A stretch of 64,000 nt of DNA, from positions 14,352,633 through 14,416,632 of the forward strand of contig OZ037769.1 of assembly GCA_964035545.1 (NCBI GenBank), written 5' to 3'. Below are positions 36,662 to 51,300 of this stretch, piece by piece. Within the stretch, counting starts at the first letter, position 1. Every line of letters starts with the position of its first letter. This DNA is from Bugula neritina. Lineage: Eukaryota > Animalia > Bryozoa. The translations under genes were made by a program, and so were the position numbers. The notes beneath the pieces are model-generated. The model had not been told where the DNA came from. It searched no databases and was given only the letters and a program-made list of their open reading frames with translations.

Positions 36662-39600
36662 CTATAATTTGTTCACTACAGCTGATGGTTTACTACTACT
36701 GAAAGGGGAGGTGAGCAGACTATGAATGTCTTCAGGTGTCAGTGGAGAATACTTTGAAGTTGTCTTATTAGAAAGAAGTTTACAGCGTTGAGGCGTAACA
36801 ATCTCAGCATCTTTTGAACTTGAAGGTGAAAATGTAACTTTCTTATGGGGCTGAGAGTTTTCTGATGATGTAGAGCTGTGAAGCTGCTGAGGCAATACTG
36901 CAATTTGATTGGATGAGCTATCACCTTGTATATTGGTGGGCAAGGCTTCCCCTTGTGAGTGGACAACTCTTAATTCCAGAGAGGGCTCTGAAATAGATTT
37001 TGGGACATTACAAGAGTATGGATAGCTTTTGGTATATCGTTACAGCTTTAATTGTAGTTTCATGGCTATGTTAGCTGCCCTATGCTTTTTTCGGTTGTGT
37101 TGTTTGCTATTTTATTATAAACCCAGCACATTCTGTCACACATTCATTTTTCATTCAGCCCTTGGAAATACACATTTTTAATTAAACACAATAGACATGC
37201 AAAGTATGCTGATTGAGAAAAATTCGAAGGCATCACAACTGTCTTACCCCTCATTCACACTTACCGTACCGTAGGCTGTAACGTAAAATATCAGCCATTT
37301 TTAATGTGTCCGGGCTGAAGCTTTCAAAGTCCGCTATTAGGTACGATCTATGACACTTCATTGGACAATTATATCCAATGAGTTAACACAAAATTTTTTC
37401 TGTCCAATAGGAGTCCGCCGCAACATTTTTGAATCAAGCAGTGCTTGATCCGATCGTGTTGATCGTGTTGCAACGCCGTACAGGAAGCTTTGTGAAAATG
37501 GCCGATATTTGCTGTTGCGGCCTGCGGTATGGTAAGTGTGAATGAGGGGTACATCCTATGACATCACCACACAACAAGAATAACATATTCCCAATAGTTT
37601 CCTCAGTTACATAATTTTCAGGTGAAACCATCAGCTGGTACATCACGTCTGATTGCTATAATGTAATACAGGTATATTTAGAGACGAGTTACAATAAATA
37701 AAGTTAATGACAAAGTGGTGCTCTCTCTCTCACCTCCACTAATGGATCCAAGAACCACCTGATCATCAAGAGAGGATAGTTCCAAAGAGCTACGAGGGCC
37801 AGAGCCCTTTTTCTCACTAAGGGGGGACAATTTCACAAGACAAGTGTCAGTACCTCTCTTACGAGAATGGAAGTTGAGTCTCTTTGGTGACGGTGTAGAT
37901 TTTGACGAAACCTGGGAGAATATAATGATGAAACATTCAATTTATTATTAAGAGACTATTTGGAGTTGTGCTCCACATTGCTAAGAACCAAATGATATAT
38001 ATATGTGACCTCCCACCACAAAACAGGGAACGTTGGTCAGTTTTTCAAAATTGAGTTATTAGTATAGAGTTATAGAGCAGATCTTTGCAATCCTTTTGCA
38101 ATTTATTTGAAGTCTCTAGTGTAAATAGAACTCGAGATATTGATATTCAAAAGCCTCGGCGTTTTTAAAACAGTCAATTTACGTTTTTGAGAAATTCGCT
38201 TTTAAAGTAAGGAGGTCTGGAATAATTTATGGATTATTTGCTTACATTTGTCAAGCCTTAGCAACGGGCCTTTTTATTCTAGCAAACTGGACAAATTTGG
38301 TATCAAAACATTTGTTTAAGTATGGGCTTTCAGCTCAACCAGTTTTTACGTTTCCTAAACAAAAAATTAGGTCAAAGATGGCCGCCAAACTTGTTGTAAC
38401 TTTATTTTCCCGAATAGCTATTAAATTGTGATAACAGTTGAAAATTTTGCTACTTTCAGCACATATAAGGACCTTTAAGCACTTTTTTGCACCGACATTC
38501 ATTTGAACCAACTATGCTAATTAGCTGTCGTATGAAACAAAATGGCAGCCATTTCCTGTTTTACGTTTGCTATTTCCTTAATTATTAATATCTCATGTAA
38601 CATGTCCAACTGTAGCTATTGAGCCATGCCATTCGATAGTATCAATTGTTTCATGCGTAAAAATCATATAAGAGAATCATTCAACTATTATGATATTATA
38701 CAAAATTTATTCAGTCATACAGTTACAATGTAGAGTGATCAAAAGTTACACATAGGGAATCAGTTGAGATTTTGAGTATCCATACAAGAAAATAAGGTAC
38801 AAGTTATTTTTAATCTTCAAATCAATTATTATAAACAGATAAAAGTGTAGAAATTCAGCATAAATGAAACTTAAAATAATTCATATAGCAGAAAGACTGC
38901 TTAGGTGGTTCGTATGGTCTCTGAATCTATGTCCTTGTTCTTCATAGCGTGAGTTTATAGAGTATAAGCACATAACCAAGAGCTTAATTGCTGCTACAAA
39001 CGATATTCCAGTAGTCAAAGTTAATAGATGCTGCTACTATAAATCTACCCTGTTCATCTATAGCCACTTAGACCTGCAATTATAATATTAAACTTTTTTT
39101 TAGATTATAAAAGAGAATAATAGTGCATTAGAAATTAAACCTGGCTATATAATGTAATTGTTTTAACACCATTTAACTACTACATTACAGCAGCTAATAA
39201 TTATTGAGCAATTTCTCAACATTTAAGTTTATAGCGAGTTTGAAGGCACATTTGCAAACTGGTTATTTATAAAATTTTTGAGCATAATGAAATACTAGAC
39301 ACCTTTTTTCGAGTAAAGTTAGCAGAAGCTATAAGCTTGCAAGCAGTAGCTCTCCAAATGCAGGGAGTCCGGATCACAAGTGTAAGAATGATAGGTTATA
39401 TGCAGCATGCTCTTGAGCTGTGTAGGCGACATACCAAACAGCACCTCATCAACAAGTTCCATCATGTTGCCCTCACATCTTCACTTTCCTAAAATGAAAA
39501 TAATGTTATATTCCTGAATAATAATCATGATGTAGTAATAATAATATTTTCTTTTCCTATTGCCATCAAAAATTAAGTCATTTGAATATTTAGCATGTTT

Positions 39601-42600
39601 GAATCTGGAGTACTAAAGCAATGAGCTTGTATTTGAAAAATAAAACAACTAACTAATCAATATACTATTTAACATTCAATTCAAAGTGAGTAGACAGAGC
39701 TAGCCAAGTAGCAACAAAACCTACTAAATATAGCTACTGCAAAACCAATTTAAATTCAATTATTTACTTAAATATAAATAAATATAATAAATAAATCAGC
39801 ATAAGTAGTTGTAGTACTCCAATTCTATTTTGAAACTGGAAAGTCTTGCATGATAAAAGTGACGTATTCTAATAGTCATAGATAACTATAAGATTTAAAC
39901 TAAGGGTAGCTGTAAGTGTTAGGCTGACAGTGACTAACAACAACTGACTTGATTTTGACATCATTATTATTGTTTCACTCTTAAAGATCTTAATCACTGT
40001 TATTATGAATATTATTCTTATACTTGAACTTATTCAAATTGAATCACATTCGATATTTCAGTATGACTCAGTATGAGTATAGATTATGTTAAATATTCAT
40101 ATTCAATATAAAAATGGCGCTCCGCTGACTGTGGACCAATTAACATGCCCAGACTTAAAATTTCTATAAATAATCAATATGAAAATGAACATTTATTACT
40201 ATGAACTTCAAGTTAATGATAATAATAATATAATATTCAATAAGATTATCACAAGAACTAACTGAAAGAATTACTAATAGTATTAGTGTAATACTGAACC
40301 CTATTTAATAGTATTATCAATGTGAGTATGAGCATTTAATTTTGAATAAAAATAAAACACTCAATACTAAAAATTTCAAGTTAAAAATATCATCTTTTTA
40401 GCATCAGCTGTTAAAAATGAAAGTCAAGAAAGCATTTGATTTACGTAGGCTAGAGTAAATCACTAGATCAAAATGAAAATGTAATACTATTATTATTTAT
40501 TAATACAAATAACTTAATAAGTATATAACTCGGACTGATTATAATATTTTAATCATGATTATTAATATTATTATTATTATTAAATTCAACAACTACAACA
40601 TTAGAAGTAGAAGTATAACTTTAACTATAAGTATAAGTTAATAACTACTAGTAAATTATATAATTATTTAGTAGCGTAAATGAGCTATTTTCAGTATAAT
40701 TACCTGCTTTGTAGTGATTTAATCATAAAATCCAAAGATAAAGATCAATATTAAACTACAGCTAAGAAAATTAGTTGCGTTAAAAGCTAACTTAATCTCT
40801 GCAGCCAGCGCCAAAAACAGCTAATACTAAACTTAGTTTCAGAAGTAGGCTTCCTATCATGCGAGGAGAATGCAAGAGCTACCTTTATTAAACAAAAAAT
40901 TGTTTGTAGGATTCCGCGCTATGAAATGTTTTAATTTCAATTTCGTAATAGTAATGATAACTCCGAGTCAACTTGCCTATGATCCGCCATTTTGAAAAAA
41001 TAATTAATGCATAGTTACCAACTTTAGAGTTGATTTTGAAGTTGAAGGAATTAGCAAATGCTTGCGAAAATATGATATTTGAAATCCTTGAGTTTTTCTG
41101 TATAAGAAAAGTTTAAAATTTAAAGACTGGCAAAAAATTTCAATTTTTGGTTTTTCAAAATTTAACCTTCATTTACTACACTTCATGAATGCCGCCAAGT
41201 TCCCGGTTTTGTCGCGATGGGTCACATATTTACTTGTCTTGTGTATAAATACTTGCTATGTCAACCTAAGTATGAATTAATGTTTTATAGAAATTGTTGG
41301 GTGTGAGAATATTAAATATAAGTTCGCACACAGTAATCTGTGGGTGGTGTGTATGAGTGTGTGTGCGTGCGTGAACTTACACAGGGTGAGGAGGTGGGAG
41401 ATTGTAGGTTAGACTCGGTAAACTGACACACTTTCCGTTGACAACTGAGTCTTCTCGGAGACTTTCTGCCATGTTTGGGGGTGCGAGTAGGCGTCCCGCA
41501 ACATGACGCAGCAGCCTGAGTTTTAGTTGGAGTCTCCAAGATCTACAGACAAAGGAGTTTAGATTCTTCTAGTTACTATAGCAACCCATAAAGGTGTCTA
41601 CTGCAGCTGTACAAAAGCCATACATGGAACAATACATCATACAATGTAGTCACTACAATAAATAATTGCAAAATGGAAATAAAGTATAATTCTTTGTCTC
41701 CTGAGGAAAAGAAACCCACGAAGAGATGAACCAGACATCTCACCGTAGCACTTCCTTCTTTAGACAACTTCCTCTTTTGGCCGACATTTTTAACGACTCC
41801 ATTTTCATTGGCTGAAGGAGAAGCAGTACCAGCAGAGGGTGCTGAGCCAATGATGTCTTCAGGTGACTCTCTCATCCCCGCATCACAGCCTCTGCTAGAT
41901 GTCGTTGGACAGCCGGTACCAGAGTGGCCATGTGATCCAGAGACTCCCTGTGCACCGTCTGAACAGCCCGCAGGCAGAGGGGAGCAAAACAACTTCTTCT
42001 TGAGTTGAGAAGTCTTGAGCGGTTGAGTTGCACTACTTGACCGTGACTTAGTGGGCAGAGTCATTGGTGACACACTCAAGTCATTACTTGGAGTAAGTCG
42101 AGTCGCCACCTTAAGTAAAGAGAAAACAACTTATCGGATTGACTGCACATAAAGTAGGAGAGAAGTAGTGAAGAGTAAAACTCAACTAACATAGCCTAGT
42201 TTTCTGTTATCTTCATACAGATTAGTCAGGGATATGGGGGTATCCACCCTAAGAGATATGTTTCTAAATTAAATTAGACACCTAAAAATTGCCTTTCAAT
42301 GATTTTGATGCTGCATGAGTTTTGAAAGAAAAACATGTCACTAGTTTAAAATGGCTTCTACATGCAGCAGAGTGTTGATACAAAACATAAGAATATTGCC
42401 ATGGCAACAGACCAGCTACATACAAGTAACAGGCGGACAGACACCAGTTGGTGGTCAGATCAGTGAATTTCTTAGCATTTGCTGGAAACTACAATTTAGA
42501 GGGATGGAAATTTTCTGTTGAATAAAGGAATTTTAAGCTAAAAGCAGAAATACACAAACAATACATTTGCACTTGTGTAAAATTAGTTGCTTTACCCACA

Positions 42601-45283
42601 GTGCTTGTTTCAAGACAAACAGAGAGACGTACAGACAGACAGAGAAACATACAGACAGAGAGAGACGTACAGACAGACAGAGTGACGTACAGACAGAGTG
42701 ACATACAGATAGACAGAGAGACATACAGACAGACAGAGTGACACATGGACGGTGTTATATACAGATACAAAGACAGACAGACGTACCCTCGAGACCGGCA
42801 GAGAGACGGCCTGTTTGAATATCAGTCTGGTGACCTTCCTGTTGACAGCGGAGGTGCTGTCGCTGACCTCTCTACAGCGTAGCCTCTGCTCCAACCTTTC
42901 AAACTTCTCCACATTCCTTGACTTGACGTTCTCAGCGTCGTAGAAAGACTTGTTCCGTTTTATTCTCCCTCCTCTACAGATCTGGTCTCCTGCACACAAG
43001 AAAGTGAGACTGAGCACCAGCGAGTTTAGCAATAGTCCAGGTTCTTCAACAATTCTTATAAGTTTTGGTTTGGGTTTTTAGTTGAAAACCTCACAATTCT
43101 GTTTGCAATGTTTATAACTTGGATTGGTGAACTTTCTGGCTAGATTATCATGGGCAACTCAGAGTCATGCCACACTAATTTCTTATATATATGATAAAAC
43201 TAAAACTCTTAAGTAATCTTCAGCCAAGTTATACAGAATTTATTAATTTATATCAGATGAGAAATTATGAGGTATAAACTACGCTCACTTATTAATTACA
43301 TTGAAAGCAGTAACCATTTAACCTACAACTTTTGAAAGTGGAACCTGTAATTATAGATTGTCAAGTTAACATAAACTATTTGTTGATGATTTTTACACTA
43401 CTTCCCATGAGATATGGCCGATATAAAGCACATAATGGAACTCCTCGAGTAAAATTGAGGTAAAAAGGTGCCAGATAGCGTCAAGGGTTGGCTGAGGTCT
43501 GGCCATAGGGCCGGCTCTCAGGTTGAAACTTGAACAGAGTTTGTACGAATTAACCCTTTGACTGTGCTGGCACACGCTTTTTCAGTGAACTAAGAGCGAA
43601 TATAAACAACCTAGCACTCAGCCTACGGACCTGAATAACGTATGCTAAGAAGCGTGGCTTGAGTACACCCGGCTGTACTAAAGAAAATCTGAAAACTAGC
43701 CGACTAATGCACTACTGTAAATACCCAATTATTACCGCGGTTGCCGCTCAACTCGATGTAAAAAAGAAAATTCGACACAAATAAAAGAAACACCACTGTT
43801 TGTGCAGTTATTCAGAACGAGAAAACTGCCAAAAAGTCAGTCCTGAAGACTGACAACTGTTTAATTTGGATCTCAGTGGTTATTTTTTTAATCAGGCTCA
43901 AATGTAAAATAGAAGAACTACAGTAGTAGCTGATGTATCAGTATCACTGAGCCAATCAGAGCTTAGCACAGTGCTAAGAGCTCGTGGAAAGGAGGAGTAT
44001 AATTTTAAGCTGCTATGCTACCTTGCAGAGCTGAATTATGTCGAGGGTTGAGTTAAATTGTCAGGATAGGGGGTAGACCACCCTTGGTGCAATCAGGCAG
44101 TTTTTCCAACAGAAAAAATGATTCAATCTCAAAATATGTTTGTTGAAACAATAAGAAATGCCAGCTAACAGAAATCCAACAACACCTCTATAAGTTGGAA
44201 GTTTTACTGTATGGCTGGGCAGGAAACTCCAAATTTTAAATTTTAGTTTGAATTTATGTTTTTTAGGACTAAAGAAAAGTAAAAATTATGCTATTTCAAA
44301 TAACTATGAATGAAACTACAATTATGTAGAGCGGAAAGGATAGTAGATGTGAATGGACAGGCTTCTCGTACTATTAGTTGCAGTGAAACACTCAAGTTAC
44401 TGTCTTCAATAAACCTTTCCTACTATTATTCAGAGCTGCCAAAGCTTATACTATTAACACCGTTCTTGAACTATATATAATAAGCTATACAAGTCTATAT
44501 TGAAAAATAACAATTATTTTGAATTTTATACTCTTATAACTACAATATAAACACTATAAATTAATTCAGCATAGAAAAGAGGAAGAAAAAGTGCCGGATG
44601 GCGCCTAGGGTTGATCTGGTGGTAGTAACCAGGTGATCCATGCGTCCAGGGAATTCAAATAGCCGAATTAACCCTTTGGCTAGGCTGGCACACAGCTATA
44701 ACCAGCTCTTATAGTCTAATAAATGAGTGTGTGACATAGCCTAATAACTAAGAATAAAGTATTAAATTGTATGGAACATCAAGCTATTGTCCGTGCTGCT
44801 ACAGCCTGAATAATCTAATACTCAGGCTATTGTTTATCTGTTGCTAAGAGTTAATAGGACCAGGGTAATCAATATGTACACAGGGCTACAGTATATAACC
44901 GAATATTCCCTCTGTTTGTGTGTGGAAAAGACACGAAATAGTCACATGACTGAATAAAAATACTATGACAAGAGCATTTACAGAGAAATTCAATTTGTTA
45001 CCATGATGGGGTTTGTATTTCTATGTTCAATATTATAGCAACTTTTTATCTGTAAAAAATTAAACTTTCTATAATTTACTGATACAAAATTGGAGTTGTG
45101 TTTTCAATTCATGTTGGATATTATAGCAAGATTTTAGTGAGTTTAGTCAGACTAATACTGTATCAGTATTATAGACCTGATTTATTGAAATTTTATCTTT
45201 AGATATAAAGCTTTTCTAATGCATTGCAAGCCGCAATCTTTCTTGTCAGAGTTACTATTAGGCTAGCAAGCCTCTATTGTATA

Positions 45284-45334
<51 letters not shown>

Positions 45335-48300
45335 CTGTTTTACGCTGCATCTCTCCTACAATTTTACTTACAATATGTAACGTGCAGCACATACCACCCA
45401 AGAATAACTGTGGATATCATTACAACCCATCATAATTTTATCTACAAACACTCACTAGTAAACGTAATTTACAAGAGGGAAATAATTTTGACACAACATT
45501 TACTTATTAAGCTGAACCAAATAAAGAATGTTCGTTGCGACCCCCTCAAGTAGACTATTACGACCCCCTCATGTAGATTATTATGTATACTCATACTAGT
45601 ACAAATATAACTCAAATACCCCACACATGGTTTTTGTATCTAACAGCAGCATTGATTACGAGCAGAACACATGTCTGACTCACCTGTTGATGAAGTTTCA
45701 TGGCCATGGCTCAAGTGATCATGTTTGAAGGGAGACTCTTCAACCACTTCCTTAACTGGCGACTCTGCACCAATCACATCGCTGGTTACTGGCTCTCCAC
45801 CAATCACATCCCGTGTGAGTGACTCTCTACCAGCTGAACCAATCAGAGCAGTTACCTTTTGACCTTGCTTGGATAGCGGTGTCTCAGCTACCAGCACATT
45901 GCTGTCTCTATCTGCAATAGTAAGTTTCCTATGTGAGACAATTGGTGAGGAGAAGTGGTTGAATTTAGTGAAAACTTCAACTTATGTTAAATTTTTAAGA
46001 CAATATTGAATAATCAAAACATGCTACAAATGGAAAACAGTTCGTCAAAGTTGAAACTGAAAAACTCTCATTAAACTGAATCCAGATGGAGAGATGATTA
46101 AGCAGGATACAGGTAATATACATCAAGTGTACAAAATAATTCCATCTCCGGTTGAATTGGGAAATGGGAATGGTTAACTATGGCTTAACTAACTCTGAAT
46201 ACAACTAAATCAGAAGATGCAGTTAATTTAGGAATAAGTGGAGTAATTGAGAGTTATGTTCCCTAGTGATTACAGCAAAGACTTTTCAAGTGTCGTATTA
46301 AAACATACGCACATCCTCTCCAGGTTACCAAAAGGGATACTTTTAAATAAATCGAATAATCGAAATAGAAACTTATTTAATAAAGGATTTCAAATTATCA
46401 CTGATATTTTGAAAATGGTTAAGTTTGCGCAAAAACAGGTGCGTTGCCTTCCAAGAAAGAAGACAACTCTCACAAACACCTAAAAGTATTACCTCTGAGT
46501 GGTCGAACTCGTCTCTGGTGTGCAGCTAACCTACGAGGGCTGCGATTGGACATTCTACGAGCCGAAGAGGTCGGTGAAGAAAAGAGATCTCTCTTGACTT
46601 TGGGTTTAGTAGGAGCCGTAGACTCTAGTCTCGCAGCCAACCGCGGAGATCTCTTAACATCTGAGAAAACACGAGATCTCTTAATATCTGAGAAAACAGG
46701 CTGACGAGTAACAACAGTTGTACTGCTAAATAAGACATTAAGGCCCTGTTTGATACACAACATATTCAATTTGTTTGTTATTATTAGTGGCTTTGGATTT
46801 CATTACATAAGAGATAAATAATCAAAACATTAGGCTGATTTGAGAAGCATGAGAAAGGTGGATATTAAATGCAGGGGAATCCCTACAGGAGAAGTAAGAC
46901 AACTGCTTATGTAAATGTAATACAAGTGGAATCGGGGAAACCCCACTTTATGAGTATAAAGTATAACAGTAGATATACCATTAGATAATGAATGTCATTT
47001 CACATTTCCAATATAAAGACTCTGCATTAACTACTTTCTCAAAGTGAATCGACAGTAACTGTAGGCTAGGAAAGTGCAATAGCTTGAGTTCTGACCTGGT
47101 CGTGGTTGAGACGGGGATTTTCCCCCCTTCAACTTAGCCAGGAATCCTTTAGGGAACTCAGTTAACATTTTTTCTACAACAGATAATAAAAGCAATAATC
47201 AAGTCGTGTCTTGAAACTAAAGTAAAATGTGCGCGAATAGAAACCTGCTAGAAATATAGGAGCAAACTTTAGGAGTTCAAAGCGAATAAATCCGCCATTT
47301 AAAGATTGGTCAGCCATCTTGATATTGCACCTGATGTCATGAAGGAACCAATGGCTACTAAATGTAAAACTTGTGCTACTACTCATGCCAAACCTTTCAC
47401 TTTAACATTGACATATCTTTATAATTGCAATGGGGGTCACAAAATCTGTCCCAGTGCAGGCCATTTAGAAGAATGGCACATTTTCAGTCAACCTAAAAGA
47501 TAGCTTAGCTCAGTTGGGAGAAGAAGCACTTGTGTGTGAGAATGAAATTAATGCGATGGAAGTGTTTAAACATAGCCACAGATGAATCGAAAGTAAAAAC
47601 ACATCTTAAGACAACTTGCAAGCAAAATTAGCCACTACAAGGCAAACAACTTGGCTGGTTACAAGTTCAACTGTCATGGCGGAAGTACACCTGATGATCC
47701 CAAGAACTACTAGTTTCAACTGCAAACCTTTCTTTGGAGTCTTAGAGCGAGTTCTGCTGGCTACACCCTTGCTATTACTACTCAGCCTGTGACTCTTCTT
47801 CCTTTTCAACATCTCCCCTGGAACGGCTATACTTCTCCGACCAATATCCGACATACTTTTGGCCCTCAGGCTACGAGTGCCAGCCCTGGAACAAGGACAA
47901 TAAAAGGTTAAGAAGATGGACAACTCTAATTTATTTGATACTTTAAAATATCCTATGTTTTGACTGTTGAAGTTGGGGTGTTGGAGAAATGCCTTTCACA
48001 CTGCTGACTAGATTGAACAGCACAAAAATTCCATCAACAACTTATCATCTGCTTTCATCACATTTCTTTTTATAAGGACTTGAAGTGGTAAAGCAATAAA
48101 CACATCTCTATGAAAAAACATGGTAATGGATACACAAACACATCTCCATGGAGATGGTGCTCATTACGACTATAATTAAAATTCTTAGTAAAACTTCTAT
48201 GAAACTAAGTCTAATATATTAGTATTATGTATCAGTACAACAACTACTAACAAGTGTTACTATAACTATAAGTATAAAAGATAGATACATACTCAAACAC

Positions 48301-51300
48301 ATATCCATGGAGATACATACACAAACACATCTCCATGGAGATAGATGAATACATACGCAAACATGGTGGACGACAGGAGACTGGAGTCTGGCTCAGAAAA
48401 GAGGGAGGAGAGAGACGGTAGTTTAGCAGACGCCGGAGAAATAAGACTGGATCTCCGGGAGCCGACGCTGGACACGGAAAGGGAGCACTCCTCCGGTTCC
48501 TTGGTATCGAGCAGACGTTTGAGGGACGGGGGTATGTCCTGCCCAAACTCCATGAGCAAAGTGGCAACGAGCGAGGCTAACGTCAGCTGATAACTAGTAA
48601 TCAATAGAACAAGTTTTTATTTTCATGAACAAATAAAAAAGAACTTTGGAACAAAACCCCTGGTTGTCTAGCAATAAAACATATAATAGTACAATATTGC
48701 TGGAAGCAGCACAAAGTTGAGGGTGATTGAGTATAACAAACTCCTAACTATCGCACTCGGTGATCACCAACTCGGTGCTGCGCCAAACGATTTTCATAAC
48801 AAGAACTATATAACATAGAATATCTACTTGGAACTAAGCAGTGGAGACACTTTGACCCCCACCCTCACCTTGGTACTACCAGATCCAGTAGAAACTCTCT
48901 AAGAGCCTGAGGCTTGCCTATACACATTGAAGTGATGTACTCCTCCAGCATGGTGAGCACAGCGTTTGTGTCTTTCAGCTCGTAGCTCTGTGTTCAGATA
49001 TAACACACTTTCATTGAGATTCAAACGGGTTAAATAAGACTGAAAGGGTGAGATTAGAGGTTTTGCTTTTTATTATTATTCCACTGAAAAACAAACTAAT
49101 GCAGTAGCAACACTTGTAGTGAAATTACACTAAATCTGACTCCCACCAGGTGGCGCAGTGGATAAATTTCCCTGCTACTAAAATATCCGCAACAGTTTTC
49201 TTCAACTCTTAATGCACATGGTTCTTTATGCTAGTGAACAATAGAAAAGTGCTGCCCCCAGTACTACCAGCTTTGGAGTTGCTTCCCTTTGACCTCAGAT
49301 AGGTTGTGTCGTGACATCACGTAATACTCGCAGTACAGACTAACTGCCAGTAATAGTAGGGAAATGACTCTCTACAGCAGACGTACAGAGTAAGTGTACT
49401 GTAGCAAGTCCTTGACCTTAATATTACCGGGAGTAAGTCTAGCACTGCTGCACCATCACATGTACACGTTCATCATCACTGGTCAGTGGGATGGGCGCGT
49501 AGTGGAACGCTGCAACTATCCCCGACTCAGATTGAAAACTTAGTCTATCAGTCTGACACGAGGTATCAGTCATGAGAAGTTGTGTCATCATTGCCGGGAT
49601 ACAACTTGCGCGTTTCACTCCACCCCTGCAGTAGAGTGAAGGGGGGGGGGGAGGGGTTAACAACTGACCTCTACTGAGAGTTCCTGGTGTAGAGATTGCA
49701 GCTCTAAGATTAGAAGTGTGGAGATCTTGCATTCTGCACTCTTCCTATCGCTGTTGGTAGAGAAGGTCTTTCTGATAGTCTTACAAGGTTTGAGGACATG
49801 TTTTTTCAACAGATCTTCAACGCATTCCTACAGTACAACAATACTATACAGTGTATACATGTACAGCAACACACTACACTAGGGTGTATACATGTACAGC
49901 AACACACTACACAGTGTATACATGTACAGCAACACACACTACAGTGTATACATGTACAGCAACACACTACAGTGTATACATGAACAGCAACACACTACAC
50001 AGTGTATACATGTACAACAACACACTACTACACAGTGTACACATTTACTATATTAGATACTGTCAAAAATTAATGTACCAAAGTTGTATATAATGTTTAG
50101 GCTGTAAAGACTTGTGTTCCGCAAACTCTGGAAGCACACCGGAAGTAAAACTCGCCCTGCATTAGAGCCAAGCCCGGAGCAAGGGGAAACCTTCATTTTA
50201 AAAGTGTACATACAATATATTTAAAATTGGTCACTTTGCCAGGGTGCACTTTGTCACCGGATAAAAACTTGTTGGGAAGTAAATTTTACAGAGCGAAAAA
50301 TCTGAATTCTAGACCAATGAGAAGCCAAGAGCAACGACTCTAGAAAACTATGAAAGGCAAGGACCTCCCTTTCCTACCCACAGGGTATGAGAATAGACTG
50401 TGAACTTACCACTATGTTAGGGCTGTTCTTGTAAAACACCCGCACTGTGTTGACAATAGACTGAGCGGTTAAATAGACATCTGACTGGCCAGTGACCGCT
50501 GATTCGTAACTACTGGATACGTAGGTCAGCAGTTCACTCTCCGTCCTCAAATCTGTACAACACGCAGCAGTTAGTAGACTACTTAATATTCCAGTTAGTA
50601 AATAATGTGGCTGAGTTGATACAGTCATTCTGCAGCGAAGGTACGTAGACCTTAACATTCTAATGCAGTAGAACATGGTTTACATTGATATTCAGTACAT
50701 ACACTAGTGCTGTACTTACACTAGTACTGTACTAACACCTGAGGTAGGTAAGGTTAATTAAACTAAATCTAGCTCACTTTCAGTGAATAGAATCCGATGT
50801 TACAGTAGTACTAGACCAGAGAATGCCCTCAGGGTATGAGCCCCCTTGTTTAAAAGATATTTCCAAAAGCTTCAACTCTTAATGCATACAAATCCTTGAA
50901 TAATCAGTTTACACGAAATATATTTATCTATATAATGGTGGAATACAAAACGAATATGGACAAGCCACAAGTGATAAAAAGGGAGGACAACTCTAAACAC
51001 AAAAAATCTACTCTCCAGTTCTAATAGTGACTCACCAATGCTGGAGACAATCTTGGTTTTGATCTTGCGACTGGGAGTACTCGGAGTACGGCCCGCAGAC
51101 GTCACGCTGGCAGCTATAACTTCTGTCGATGGTTTCGGTTTGTTGGCAGCGATCTCCACCATGCTGCTGCCTCTCGACAACTTTGCTGACTTCAGAACAC
51201 GGCGGGTTCGCTTGGACTCTGTGAACAGTGTGGAGTGATGCAGTAGTGTATATAAGAAACTCATGCAAGTTTATGGTCACCATTCCAGTGAGAAACCCCT

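Noticed and set aside
42489-42770. Cys/Leu/Ser/Val-rich ORFs
   Set aside because: Translations of the GACA satellite.
43545-44855. piggyBac-like ends (CGAATTAACCCTTTG..CTGGCACAC at ~43546 and ~44664; GCTAAGAGTTAA at ~44844)
   Set aside because: The two longer matches are direct, not inverted, and the inverted match is only ~12 bp with mismatches; probably repeat debris whose boundaries I cannot support.
45224-45553. 109-aa hydrophobic ORF
   Set aside because: Held open by the (AT)n run; no recognisable motif.
49439-49625. Extra TICRR exon after the poly-G tract
   Set aside because: Would need a 43-nt intron and hits a stop in the required phase; exon 49669-49827 joins 48869-48987 in frame with the expected Treslin sequence.
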